From the NCBI GenBank assembly GCA_030141605.1, contig JAQGDQ010000264.1, forward strand, positions 124,001-188,000: a stretch of DNA of 64,000 nt, in the 5' to 3' direction. This document shows positions 50,810 through 63,312 of this stretch, in pieces. This stretch comes from Tubiluchus corallicola (lineage: Eukaryota; Animalia; Priapulida). The position numbers were made by a program, and so were the translations under genes. Below the pieces are notes generated by a model that searched no databases, had not been told where the DNA came from, and saw only the letters and a program-made list of their open reading frames with translations. Within the stretch, counting starts at the first letter, position 1. Each line of letters opens with the position of its first letter.

Positions 50810-50858
50810 GGTGTAGGTATTTCGTCCACTTTTGGTGTAGGTATTTCGTCCACTTTTG
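50810..50858. repeat. Exact 24-bp tandem duplication in the Dishevelled 3' UTR
   Basis: GGTGTAGGTATTTCGTCCACTTTT twice. Confidence 0.9.
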
Positions 50859-51481
50859 CGCATTTGTACTCTGACTGGTTTAAATGCCATTAGACACCAT
50901 TATAGCCCATCAGTTTAATGCCACACACAGCCTAAATACTAATTTAGATTAAAGTAACTAATTTTGGCATCTTTATCCTCGACTTCGTCAAATGGCTAAT
51001 AGATGATTACAATTTTTTCATGGCATTTCTTTGTTTCCTACGAGATGGCTTCTTTATACCTGCATATGCCACATAATTATTTAATTAATAATCAGTGTAA
51101 GATCTGTAACTATTTTAACAGGTCATGACTGTTTCTTGGGAGTAACATTTATTTGTGTACTGCATGCTGCTTGTTTAGCGTACTGATCGATGTTATATTT
51201 ATAATATTTAACCCTTTACTAGTTTAATGTGCGTATAATGAAATACTAACTATTTTATCTCACGAAGTGTATAATTTTTGCTGCAATTGACAATCCTGAT
51301 CCTGAAATTCTAATTAATTACTAATTTTAATACTGTTTAATGTATTTTCATAATGTTTTATAGTGTTTCGTTGAGAGTATTTTTGCCTTTGTGCCATTTT
51401 GGAAACTTACTCATTGTATTTAATGTATATGATTTATCACAAAACGCAGTTTTCGTGACAATAACATGATTATTTAGCATG

Positions 51482-51487
51482 AATAAA
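51482..51487 (+). promoter_or_regulatory. Candidate polyadenylation signal for Dishevelled
   Basis: AATAAA about 1.05 kb after the stop, followed by T/GT-rich sequence near 51535-51560. Confidence 0.4.
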
Positions 51488-52116
51488 AACTTCACCCATT
51501 TCCAAAGTACTTAATACTGTTATTTTCCCCACTAATTGTTTATTGTTTTTGTACCTTTTTAGCTAACCTTATGGATGATATGATCAGCTTAGACCTCTAG
51601 GTATTGTTTCCTATATTATTCTCTCACTGTCTTTGTTATCTCATAATCACGAGTGTCGTGGTGCTCGCAAAGTGGACGTACATGGTTCGCTGCTGCCATC
51701 TGGCAGACAGCTGAGGTAATATCCTGTGCAGCTAAATTCCAAATGGTGTGACGGCATTGACAGGTTCGTGAAAATCATGCAGCAATCTTGTTGGTACAGA
51801 ACGAGATTATTCAGCATACTACACCGTTATGCCAAATGTTGGGAAAATATTGTCGTACCACGTAGAAGATCTGTCATGTAAATTTGTCAATATTTAATCT
51901 AAAATCACTCTAAATTAATATTCTAAACCTGAGAGTATGTACTTTACAAGGAAAAGTCCTCTATACTGAAAGTAATAATGTTGTGATAGCAAAAATTTGA
52001 TACATATTGTAATCGTGTTTGACTGCTAGTATAGTCAAACCTTTTTATAAAACCCATTTTGTGACTGCAAAAAGTTTGGATTATAACAAGGTGCATTAAT
52101 ACATACATGTCTATGG

Positions 52117-52752
52117 TAGTGGTTCCTAACTTGGGGTACGAGTACCCCTCGGGTATAAAACAGCTAAACCAGGGGTACGCGAAAGGTCTGTCGTGTAACA
52201 TGGCAGAATGTTCTTCTTTTGGCGGACATTGTACATCTGCAGAGTATGAATTTTACGGTAGTAACGGCTTCGTGACGTGAGGAAAGAGCTGCAAATCTTA
52301 AATATCATGATTATTTGTGTTTTAAAAGCTCATTGTTTTTGCAACACGATAGAATTTTTCGCGTAATTCATTGCGCACTGCCTGGCGTTATAGTGGGGTT
52401 AAGTTATTATGTAAAGTAAATGTTTGGCACAGCAAATGCGTTGTAGGATGGCGGTAGGCGGTTTTCGGAAGAGCCCGCGGCAACGAGGCGGCCATTGAGG
52501 CTACCTCACCATTCGATTATAAGTTTGTCTTCTGGTTTGACATCCGATCGTCTTTTTTCTTGCATTTTGTTCTTGAATTTGGTTTCTCGCTTACCGGTTT
52601 TGCTTGTGTAATTAAATGACGCTTGTATAGTTAAATCATAGTAGTGAAAATGTTTTCTTGGAACTCGTATTGCTAAAAAATGTTAAGGGGATATGCGGCA
52701 GATTGCTGAATTTCGAAAGGATGCTTGGCTAGTAAAAGGTTAGGAACCACTG
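52117..52752. mobile_element. Non-autonomous hAT (Charlie-like) element, 636 bp
   Basis: TIRs TAGTGGTTCCTAAC / GTTAGGAACCACTG; 8-bp TSD GTCTATGG / GTCTATGC; subterminal GGGGTAC motifs. Confidence 0.85.
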
Positions 52753-55700
52753 GTCTATGCAAATATAGTTATTTTGTTTTGGTAAAAATTTGGGCATTAA
52801 GGGTGCTTGGGCATTATGAGGAAGGGGGTGTTATAACAAGGTTTGACTGTATACTCGAGTCAGAAATACTTTTCATTTCAATTTGCTGCAATGATTGTAT
52901 TGAAGAGCAGCTTTAATATATCAAACTAGGTGTTTACAGTCACTAAAATTCGGTATTTACATAATGTAATTATTACGGTAAGCAGGATAACGTGAAATCG
53001 TCATTTAATTTTTACAAGACCTGTTTGGTCTACCATGTATGCTAATCGTGAATTCCTGGTTGTTGTAGTCTATTGTTAATAACATTTACTCTTGTATGAT
53101 TTGTATATATTCTTTTCCATATGACTATTAGTGCTGCAACAAGAAGAATGAATTAGTCAATTAGATTTTTATAAATTAGTCAATATGCGGTTTTATTATG
53201 TTTTTGCAGTCGCAGTGTAATTTTTCATCTTGCAGTGGCTATAGCTGCACACAACACAAAAATTTAAATGCATTTGGTTTCATCCTAGTTCTTCAGTCAG
53301 AAATGACAGTGTCACAGTTTTTGTACGTAAGGTTGTCATGACGTAGCATTACAAGAAATCTGTGTATCCCCTAACGTGTATGCGAAATTTAGGCAGCAAG
53401 TTTTTCTGTTTACAGTTTGATATAAAAATACTAACAAAATTTGTCTTTACAACACAGCTTAGTAAACATAATGGTATTTTGTTTGATAATTATGCACCCT
53501 TGTTCTTTTACCCAATATTTGGCTGTCAGAATGTTGTTGTTACTGTATCGATGCAGTGTAATATCTATGCACATACTCTGTGAGTTTTTTATTGTTTATT
53601 TACATTGTTTACTGCATTGCGCAATGTACAGTAGGTGTTGTTGTTCTCAGCATTTAATATTTATGGCGCTCTCACCCTACTGAGAATATTTTTCATTTTC
53701 TATTTAATAATGATGAAATGATTTTGATACAGTTTTTGTGTGACTACTGTGACTGTATAGGCATTTGTAGTATTCATGTTGTTTTTAATATTTCATGCTA
53801 TTTATATTTATTTGAGTAACTCATAAGTCTTTGGAAGGTCTTTGTGAACTTCTTATGTACTTGAATGACGAGCCTTTGATCTTGTTAGTGTGCAATACTC
53901 TCACACAAGATTTTTCACTGTCACTGTCAGAAGCGACCCGGGTATAAGATTTTGTATAATAGTAAAACTGATCTTTCATTTCATTGACAGATGTCAGCAT
54001 TTGAGCTATATTTGTAGCTAGAAAGTCATTCTTTAGATTAAATTGCATGTATGGCAGTTAATGATTTAAAATCTAAAAAGCAGGAATACTTGCAGTAATT
54101 CTTATGCTTTATCAGTGTGGGCAACATAATGTTCAAAACACCACAGAACGTTTTTGAAATTTAGGCTTTTTTTAAGAAATGATGCATCTCACATATCTGT
54201 TGTATTTTAAAAGGCTTTCTTTAAAGACTGAATTCCTTACATTTGTGGTATAATTCTTTATAAGACATTTCGCTTGCAATATTAAGGTGTGTAAAATCAT
54301 CATCATTAATAACATTCAAGTGTTTACAGTATCTCATGTCATACATTGTAAACAGGCAGGCGTATTACGTATACAATAAAATGTACTAGTCTCAGATGGC
54401 TATTTTGTCAAGATGAAATTTTAGCAGTGTCAAATAATATTTTAATCAAAATACATTATATGATAATGATGATAGTAATAATGCAAACGATTTATCTATC
54501 TATCATTACTGACTATATAATTGACAGTTGATGTTATGCAGTTTTTCTGTATGATCCTGTGGTACATGTGTACTTTGTAAGTATGCCAGAAAAAATATGC
54601 CCAATTATTAACATGTAGATTATACGTCGATTGTGTTTCATTGTTATTGCAGCAGTTTGATTTGGTACAAAATTTTTTAAGTATAATACTAATACTAATT
54701 AGCAATGTGTTAACATTCAGCTTCAGACTATTGTTCCATTTCTAACATCCAACTCCCTTCAACATAAATGCTGCCACTTTTTGCATTCCACGTATACAAA
54801 CATGTATTACTGTTACGGACAAATTGAAATTATAATAGCTCATTACTGTTTAGTAACAGTACACATGGGAATGCATCTCGGTTCTCAATGTTGACGTAGT
54901 CACACCTACCAATCATGCAAATTATACAATATGTCTGTACATGTGCTGTTGCGTCACAAAAAGGAACCATAAGCCTACGGGCTGCTTTTCCTATAAAAGA
55001 TTGAGTTTTTCTTTGCAACAATTGGAGACACAAGGTATGTCGGAAAAATCAGGATCCATCAAAAAAAGGATTTAAGATGTAGTTCATTCCTGATAGGCAC
55101 TTTTTGGGCAGGAAGAGGATAATATGTATTACTGCTCTTGAGCAACTATAAGCACTTGTAACCAGTATTCGTTTCTATTGCAGTACATAGTCAGTTTTTG
55201 AGTATGAAGTACATCCACTTCTAGCATCAAGACATGGCAATAGGGCACATGGGAGCATTATTCTGATTATTATGGCAATGTGGCTTCAGACTAGTGGTGA
55301 AAAAGAAAGTAGTAATTATTAAAACATAAATGGGATGCAATATTATATTGTCCAAAAGTTAGTTAATCAAAGCAGAACTGGTTTCTAGATTCTAGTATAT
55401 CAGACTCTCGGTGCCAAACAGAAATTTATTGAATTAAAAGTGATTGTAGGTATTTTATGCACTCCCACTATACTGATAGTTGTTTTATCACTATCCCCAA
55501 GATAAGCATTGTGCAAACTCGATCACACCTCTATCGTCCTAACTCCTAATTCACGTCAAACACATTGGTCCATCGCTCCGCCTCTGCTGTAACATAAGCA
55601 TGCTTAGCGGCATTCGGGACAACAACTCATGCTGGACAACAATTGTCGAAACTAAACTAGACTAAACAACATGACAGTCATAACTAATGTGTAATCAGCA

Positions 55701-58700
55701 GATTAACTGATTGCACTTTTTCTTAAACTCAAATTTACAGAGCAGCAGCTATTTTTACATGAAATTAACACCTCAACAAAATGACTTCAATTTAAACAAT
55801 GTAGAGACGAAATTTCAAAGCACTACAAAGTACAGAGAACACAAGTATGATGAACAACAAAATATTAAGTCTCTCTTGCCTTTGAACATACAAAAAATGC
55901 CTGCAATGTATTTTTTCTATATTAAGTGATCATGTGCTCGTCTGCAAGAATTATACAGTTTGTGTTTTTCCGTTTGTTAGGCTGATTTGATAAATTTGAT
56001 TGTTCCATTCCATAGACGACCCTTATATTGAATGCCCGAGTTACGTACAAGTCCCAATGGCATCTTTTAACCAAGATCATAACCCAAAAAATAGTGTAAA
56101 ATTAACTAATATTACATTGATCTATAATATAGGTTCTGACCACAGTTGAATTAATTTTGACTGTGATTATCTCATTAAAGTTTATAAAAATTAAATTAGT
56201 TCTCTACACTAAGCAAATATTTATTAACCACTAAAAATATAACAAAAAAACATTAGTTTAGGATAATTATTATTTTCACGATGAAATACTGACATTTCTT
56301 GTCACAAAAGCAACTACTTGAATCAATAATTATGACTCTCTAAACAACTTTTTCAGATGAACATAGTCAAAATCCAATTTATACTTACATTACATGAGAT
56401 CACTGTTAAGCCTTTAAGAAATGTGATAGGCTTCGTGCACCCCTTCAATGAAAGCAATTTATGTAAATGTTATATATTTATTTATTACTGAATTTATTTA
56501 AAAATTGCATAACATTTCACTGGACGTCTGTTTCTTAATTAAAGTCATTTTTGTTTAGTTTCTGCTTCCTTATTGATATCAAACTATGTAACATTTCTGT
56601 TCAAAAATTTTATCAACCTTCAGCAATAAGTTAATTTTTTCTTGCTTAGTCAAGGTACAAAATTGATATTCATAATATTACATTAGACACATTACAGCAA
56701 CTGAACTTAAATTGCATTTTAATTACTGTACAAAAAATATTACGAACACAATGTGGCAATATTATATGCAAAAAAAATATGTAGCCAAAGCCTTGCTGGC
56801 ACAAATGCATAAGAACATAATTAGATCAGCACTGCTAAAAACATAAAACTTATGCTGAATATTATCATTCTTGTTAAATGTCAATTGCCTTGTGAATAGA
56901 GTTGCAGAACATACCATATGTAATGTAGGTAACTCTTTATATATGCATATTACAGCATAAAACAGATGACGAAAAAACTGTGCCAAAGTTTTGATTACGA
57001 TATTGTAAGAAGCAAAAACGAAGTCACCCGAAAGTTGCCACACTAGAGCTGCATACGATTATGTATAAACATTACATTAAATTTGATTTTTCCAAAGGTA
57101 CAAGAAGTTTTACATCGGCAAGCCAAAAAAGAATACCAGAAAATATTTCGTATGTCAGTATTATTAAAAATTACTGCAAGTGCTCTATGTGCCCATCTTT
57201 TTCAATGCATGCATCTCTTAACAATTTTTGCCTTCAGTTTCACTGCATCAAATAATTCTGTGCAACTCTTGGGGGAATTCCAGATACCGTAGGCCGTAGA
57301 ATTAAGTGCCATTCTGTCTTGATAACAAATCTTTACCAGCGCTGTATCTTTAGTGCTGAAAACCATGATGTAAACTGCTTCATTTCTTTATCGTTTTATT
57401 CTTCGGCTCATAATTACATTTTTCGCTGACATTGTTCCGGCATGGCACACGTTTTTTGGCCATAACTTAAAAACACTAATTACTACTATGAACGTGTGAC
57501 TTCCACAGCCAAAAGATAGTATGTTGCAGTACCAGATTGTGAAATTTCAACTTTGCTTCTAATATTATTGTAATGTAAACTTCAGCACATTTTTTTTGTG
57601 TGCCACCCGATATATCACTCAAAGACATGGCACTTTTACAAGTGAAGCATCAAATAGTGAATCATTGATTACTTCAGGGCATACCTTGCCCTTGCATAAG
57701 GCATAATTAAGTCAGTGACACAGATAAACTAAATGATACACATTAAATTAGCATCAAACATGTACAGAACACGAGTTTTACAATAATTAGTTTTGTGTAA
57801 TTAAATACTATTAACAAGTTAGTAGAATTAATTTGGGCATTGTGTCATCCACAGGGAAATTATAACAATACAGCAGCCAGAGGAGAAAGCATAATCAAGA
57901 ATTTTGTTTGAAACCTTAAAAACAGCCTAGTCATTTTTCTGATGCAAAATGATATTTAAAAACATAATTATATGATATACTTGTCAACTGTGCCACGTGT
58001 GATTTAATAAACACATAGACCTACATCATCAATATGTAATAACGGCACAGCTTAACAAAGGACATTAATAACACACAATAAGCTCTGATAAAAAAAGTTT
58101 CACTTGACTATATACATCCATACATCCCACTCACAGTTCAGTAATAGGATAAGTAAAATTAAATATCTTAAAACATTCTGAGTGTAGACTGAACAGAATC
58201 CTTATCTGCACGATTCATACATGTAAAACAAACTGCTACTGTTTGTTATCAATATTTTTTGTTAATTATTATGTAGGATTACTTTACAACAATACAGCAT
58301 GAGTTTCTGTAATAATAACTTAGTACAAGAAAATTAGACTGCACACAATTGTTGGGCAGCTGCATCCTGATCATGAAAACGATCAAAACTGAAAGAACAG
58401 TTAAATAACTCGACAAATCAGTAAATTGCATAGCATAATATATCATCATGATGCAAAATAAACATTTTCGGTGATTTTTAATTACCCCGTAGTTTTCTGA
58501 TGAATTTTTTATCAATAGTTTATTATAATGGCGTAACACAAAAGCCTTCGTCTTAAATCACAAACAACATAACCTACGCTGTACAAAAAATTGTGGACAT
58601 CAAAATATAACAATAACATCGTAGTCATTTGAAACAATAGATGGCTACTGCATAGACTGAAAGTAGGATGACAACATCACATTGAAAACAGTAAAATGAA

Positions 58701-59095
58701 AATGACATTAAGAAATTACGTGCTAATACACATACAAATCAAAACAACAGCTACCTACATTTATTTATAAGGTTATGTCATGAAGACGTAAATATTTCTT
58801 GAAGCTCCTAAATCATTCACGATATTTTAATTATCTAGTTCAAATGTAGAATTATCAACGTGACTGGTTCACTTTCATTAATGTTCAGTATGACGTTATT
58901 TAGCTAGTGGCAGACAAAAAAGGGCTCGCACATCATAATATAGAAATGACTGGTTCAAAAATTATACTAAATACATAAAATGTTGTATAATTATTCTACA
59001 AAAAAACTATACAGTTCAATTTGCTAAATAACTATAGCAATGCTTAGCTTGCTCTACAATAGCAATGATGTTTCTTTCGTTAGAATCGACATAAA

Positions 59096-61375
59096 TTAAC
59101 TTTTTTTACTCTTCTCATCCAATGTCGTGTGCATTGACATTGCTGATGATGATCTACCCGTTGATCCAGTGTGCACAGAACTGGAAGAGCTTTTTGATGA
59201 CGCAGCATCACGACGCTGAAGCGTTCCACAAGCAGCTGCAAACTGAGCTGCAAGAGGATGTCCAATCATCTGATACATCATTCGTTGATGCTGGTCTTGA
59301 GGAGTAAGTAGAGGATAACCTCCAACCAAACTAATAAGGCTTGGTCCACTTGGTGCCTGAGAGGTGGGTGTAGAGGGCAGCGCAGCTGTTGGTGGCGTAG
59401 GACGACCACCAGATGTCGGACTAATGGGGATGTGATTATGAGTGACAGACGAAGTTTGTGACGACTGTGCTGGGCTCCTAGTTTGCAAACGGCTGTGGAA
59501 TGCTTCCTGAAGAAGACTGTCACCATGTGGTCCATACGTGTTATTGATGCGAGAATTTCTACCATCTAGAGCCAGTCCTGGAGGAAGAGCAGCAGACAAT
59601 CTAGTATTGACAACCAGAAGGTGATCACGGCGAGCAGAAAGGCTGTTGACAAGATCCTCCAGTCTTTGATTTTCTGCTCTCAGGCTGTGAAGACAAGATA
59701 GCAATGCTGCTATATCGAAATGCTGAGACTGCTCCATCAACATCTGTGATCCTTGAGTCCATTGAGTTTCCAAGAGTTGTTCCATTGTGGTAGGGAATGA
59801 CGTGTGGCTAGATGATACAGTAGCTGGTGGTGATCTTGGTAAATGAGGACCAACAAGAGATGCTGCCAGATTACTAATTTGGGAAGATGAATAAGCTGAA
59901 GTAACACCATTTTCAAAATCACCATTGACGCCTGAATGATTAATGCTAGACAATAAGCTATTAGAAGACTGCTGGGTCGCATTAAACAAGAGATCTGCTG
60001 TTCCTGGAGCACTCCCCTTTGTTGCATCAGTACCAGAGAGCTTTCGCTTTGTTTTGCGTTTTTCCATTCGATGCCCTGATTTAGGACGTTTTGTTCCATA
60101 TGTGCTGGGCTGGTGCTCCATAGAAAGGTACTCACTGGTACTGGGTGTTTCTGTCAATGAATGTGTGGGCTGGGTGCTTTTTAAAGAACTTCCGTTAACA
60201 CATACAGAGCCAGAAGAACTTTCCCTTGATACATTAGAAATTAATTTTTCTGAATTCACCTTACTTTCTTTGGTCAGTGTATTGCAGTCAGCTGCCGGAA
60301 TAATACTACTGCTGTTACTGCATGTGTCAGACTTGAGGCTAGCAGTGTCTGTCCCAGACGATCCAGAATCAGATGTTTTAGGTTCAGTTTTTAGATTACC
60401 ATCACCTTGTGGTGATGATGTTCCATGTGTAGTGTCCATGCTCACACTTCCCCTTCTGTTCCTTGACCTACCCTTTTCTTTATCTGATGCAGTTATGCTG
60501 GCAAATGAAGCAGCTAAACTCGGAGTTATTGACGATTCGGTGAAATTTGCTGTGGTAAATTTTGAAACAGGTGAAGATGTCAAAGGTTTGTCGCAACCCT
60601 TGGTGACACTTGCAGTGGTGCTTGTGGGAACAGCTTCTGACACCACACATTGTTTTTCCTTCTTTTCCTTCTTCTCTATGGCTTTTGTTTGGCCTTCTTT
60701 TTTTATATCTTTTTCTAATAACATTGATTTTTCAAATGAAGCATCTGGACTTCCTATGTTTTCCAAAAGCACCGAAGGAGCAGGTTTAAATGCAGGTATA
60801 GTTTTTATATTGTCTTTCTTCTGTATTTTTTGATAATGGTATTGACAGTACCCGCAATATTTGACATTATCCACAAAATATCCAGCCTCTTCACAAAGAA
60901 GACCAGCTGCTTGTGCGCACGTTACGTGGAAGAAATGTCTGCATCCACTTTTGTTGCACTGCATGCATGCGCCCTGTGTAGCACGACTTTCTTTGCCTTG
61001 CTCTTCACATATATAACATACTTTATTGTATCGCTCATTCGGCACAAGCGACAAAGTTATTGGTTCCATTGTTGTTACATTACCAAATCGCACCTCTGGA
61101 ATATACAAAGCGCACACTACATGTGCCCACCCTCCATTATCAGTGCGTTTCAAAGCTCCTTCCTTTGAAGGGCATAGTTCACATTTTACTCTAGCAGCTC
61201 TCTCTTGTGATTCACATTTACGGCAAAACCAAGGACCTGTTGGTACTGTTACAATACCATAACACGCTTGGTGGACAGCAACGTTACAACCATGACCATC
61301 ACAGTATACTAAAGGATTTTCAGCCCAACCATGCTCATCAGAGCAAACACAACAGCCACCAACCATTTCCTTCAT
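59096..61375 (-). CDS. MLLT10: Protein AF10/AF17 (MLLT10/MLLT6, Alhambra family): PZP domain plus OM-LZ; single exon, 759 aa
   Basis: Starts MKEMVGGCCVCSDEHGWAENPLVYCDG (family N-terminus; ATG at 61375, the track's upstream start is TTG). PHD-Zn knuckle-PHD occupies about the first 185 aa. The C-terminal EQLLETQW...FDIAALLSCLHSLRAENQRLEDLVNSLSARRDHLL is the octapeptide plus leucine zipper. Confidence 0.96.
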   Translation of the reverse strand: MKEMVGGCCVCSDEHGWAENPLVYCDGHGCNVAVHQACYGIVTVPTGPWFCRKCESQERAARVKCELCPSKEGALKRTDNGGWAHVVCALYIPEVRFGNVTTMEPITLSLVPNERYNKVCYICEEQGKESRATQGACMQCNKSGCRHFFHVTCAQAAGLLCEEAGYFVDNVKYCGYCQYHYQKIQKKDNIKTIPAFKPAPSVLLENIGSPDASFEKSMLLEKDIKKEGQTKAIEKKEKKEKQCVVSEAVPTSTTASVTKGCDKPLTSSPVSKFTTANFTESSITPSLAASFASITASDKEKGRSRNRRGSVSMDTTHGTSSPQGDGNLKTEPKTSDSGSSGTDTASLKSDTCSNSSSIIPAADCNTLTKESKVNSEKLISNVSRESSSGSVCVNGSSLKSTQPTHSLTETPSTSEYLSMEHQPSTYGTKRPKSGHRMEKRKTKRKLSGTDATKGSAPGTADLLFNATQQSSNSLLSSINHSGVNGDFENGVTSAYSSSQISNLAASLVGPHLPRSPPATVSSSHTSFPTTMEQLLETQWTQGSQMLMEQSQHFDIAALLSCLHSLRAENQRLEDLVNSLSARRDHLLVVNTRLSAALPPGLALDGRNSRINNTYGPHGDSLLQEAFHSRLQTRSPAQSSQTSSVTHNHIPISPTSGGRPTPPTAALPSTPTSQAPSGPSLISLVGGYPLLTPQDQHQRMMYQMIGHPLAAQFAAACGTLQRRDAASSKSSSSSVHTGSTGRSSSAMSMHTTLDEKSKKS

Positions 61376-61748
61376 GTTGCGCGATCCCAAAGGAATCGAA
61401 TATCAAAGAAGTGCACTATACATATAATTAAGAATAAACGCCATAGAACGCAAAAGCAAAATTTAGCGGCAATTAAAAAAGAAGAACCTTTGCGTTTACC
61501 ACTACAAGTGGTATGTAATACTTTTAATTAAGGGTGACTTTAGCAAGTAGATTCTTAATAATAACGTTCCACATTTCATTATTTTAGCTTGAATTGAGAG
61601 AAAATCGCCCAAAATCAAGAAACACCTTCCACAAACGTAGACATTTTCCTAAATTTTGTAGCTGGCAAAAGCGGAAACCTTAAAATTCAGTTATAACCTT
61701 GATCGAAAAAACATACTCATTTGTCAGGTGCCGCCACATGTGCACATT
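61376..61748. promoter_or_regulatory. Bidirectional promoter / 5' UTR region shared by AF10 and EMC1
   Basis: 373 bp between divergent ATGs; ETS-like GCGGAA at 61671; YY1-like ATTATGGCAGCC over the EMC1 start. Confidence 0.65.
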
Positions 61749-61858
61749 ATGGCAGCCTCCTTGAAAGCATTTTTGATAGTTGCACAGTTAATTTTATCAA
61801 TTTTTATTTCAAAATCGTGTTATGCACTTTATGCTGACCAAGTAGGAAAGTTTGATTG
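61749..61858 (+). CDS. EMC1: ER membrane protein complex subunit 1, exon 1
   Basis: MAASLKAFLIVAQLILSIFISKSCYA (signal peptide-like) + LYADQVGKFD(W), TG|gtaagc; matches the EMC1 N-terminal motif YEDQVGKFDW. Confidence 0.92.
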
Positions 61859-62039
61859 GTAAGCCCAGCAGTTTACGGGATTCAAGTTCAATGCTTCTGT
61901 CCCTTTTGTCACAGGGTAGATTACCACAATAGCCATCATTTGGAGTTTGATGTATGCAGGAGTTGCGTGATCGCGAATTTTGGCAAATGTCATTATTTTT
62001 ACAATTTTGTTTTGTGCAGTCGTTACAAGCTATATTGCA

Positions 62040-62370
62040 CTAGTGTAGATGCGGTTCCCCAACATAATACACAATTCTGCAAGTACTGGTAAACCAGAGC
62101 AAAGTACATCATTTTGAGAGTTGATATCCACATAATGTCTTAATTTTGTCATAATACCAATAGTTTTGTTCATTTTAGATGAAATATTTTGCATATGCGT
62201 GTGCCAAGATAATTTGTTGTCTATGAAGATGCCAAGATATTTAATGTATAGTACTCGCTGGATGATACTATTGTTCATACATACTTTGAAGTTGTCTGGA
62301 ATATTAATGGATTTTCTAGATATTATCATATACTTCATTTTATTTAAGTTAACGGTCAGGTAATTAGAGT
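62040..62370 (-). mobile_element. L2/Crack-group LINE fragment in EMC1 intron 1
   Basis: YLTVNLNKMKYMII...IKYLGIFIDNKLSWHTHM..ISSKMNKTIGIMTKLRHYV, then a frameshift into YFALVYQYLQNCVLCWG. Confidence 0.85.
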
Positions 62371-63312
62371 ATAATGTATGGAGTATGTTTCTCGCAACAT
62401 AATGCATGTTCTGTTGTATATTCTTGTTTCTTACACTTAGGATATAGAAACCTTCAAATTTACTTACTTTGAAATTACGTATCAACTCCATTATGTTTAA
62501 CTTGATTTCCATTATATTTTTAATATCCGTGAACACACACTTCCTAATATACTGTTATTTTTCATATTTCTCCCTATCAAGGAATTTTGTTTTGTCATTC
62601 TTTGTATTCTATCTTTATGCTCTTGCAATATTTCCTGCTCTATAGCTTTTTTATTTCTCTTTTCCAACCTGATTTCTTAATTTCACTATTTCTGAGTTGC
62701 TCCTTCGTGTTTTTCATTCCATAATTTCACTTATTTCCAAATGCCAACATTCTTTATGTGCTCTTTTTTCTTGCTTAATTACTGCTTGTTTTGCTAATCT
62801 ATTTTTACCTGACTACATCAGTGAATAATAAAACTTAAATTGTAAATTTAATGATGAAATTCTAAATAAGCGCAGTGACTTTTCTTATCAATGCACTAAC
62901 ATAACGCGTAATTTTTTGTTCATTAAATTAGATCTTAAATCGAAATTGTTTAAAACTTATTGTCTTTGTTTTTATAGTTCTCAAATAAGGCAACTATATA
63001 ACCCATTCATAAACCGCATTGAAATTTTGTGAAGCTTAGCTGTTCACATATTGTATAATTTCTCATACTCAGTTTTTACCGTATATTGCAACACTTGTAG
63101 ACCTGAGGCTTAGTTTTGTAAAATATTCATTAAATGTTATGTATGCGGTTTAAATTGCCAAAACAATGTATTGTAACCGTGTTTTCATTGGTTTTTTTAG
63201 TGGTTAATTTTTTATGGAGATACTGTGTGAGTTGGCAAATGTCTTATGTAATTGTTTAGGTTTTAGGTTTAGGCAATCATAGTAAATTTACTAATTGCTA
63301 CCTTCCATTTAG

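Noticed and set aside
59943-60833. 296-aa + strand ORF and other ORFs overlapping AF10
   Set aside because: Antisense or alternate-frame shadows of the Ser/Thr-rich AF10 coding region; non-ATG start and no recognisable domain
61376-61390. Track start MGSRN for AF10
   Set aside because: It begins at TTG; the family start MKEMVGG at ATG 61375 is the likely initiator
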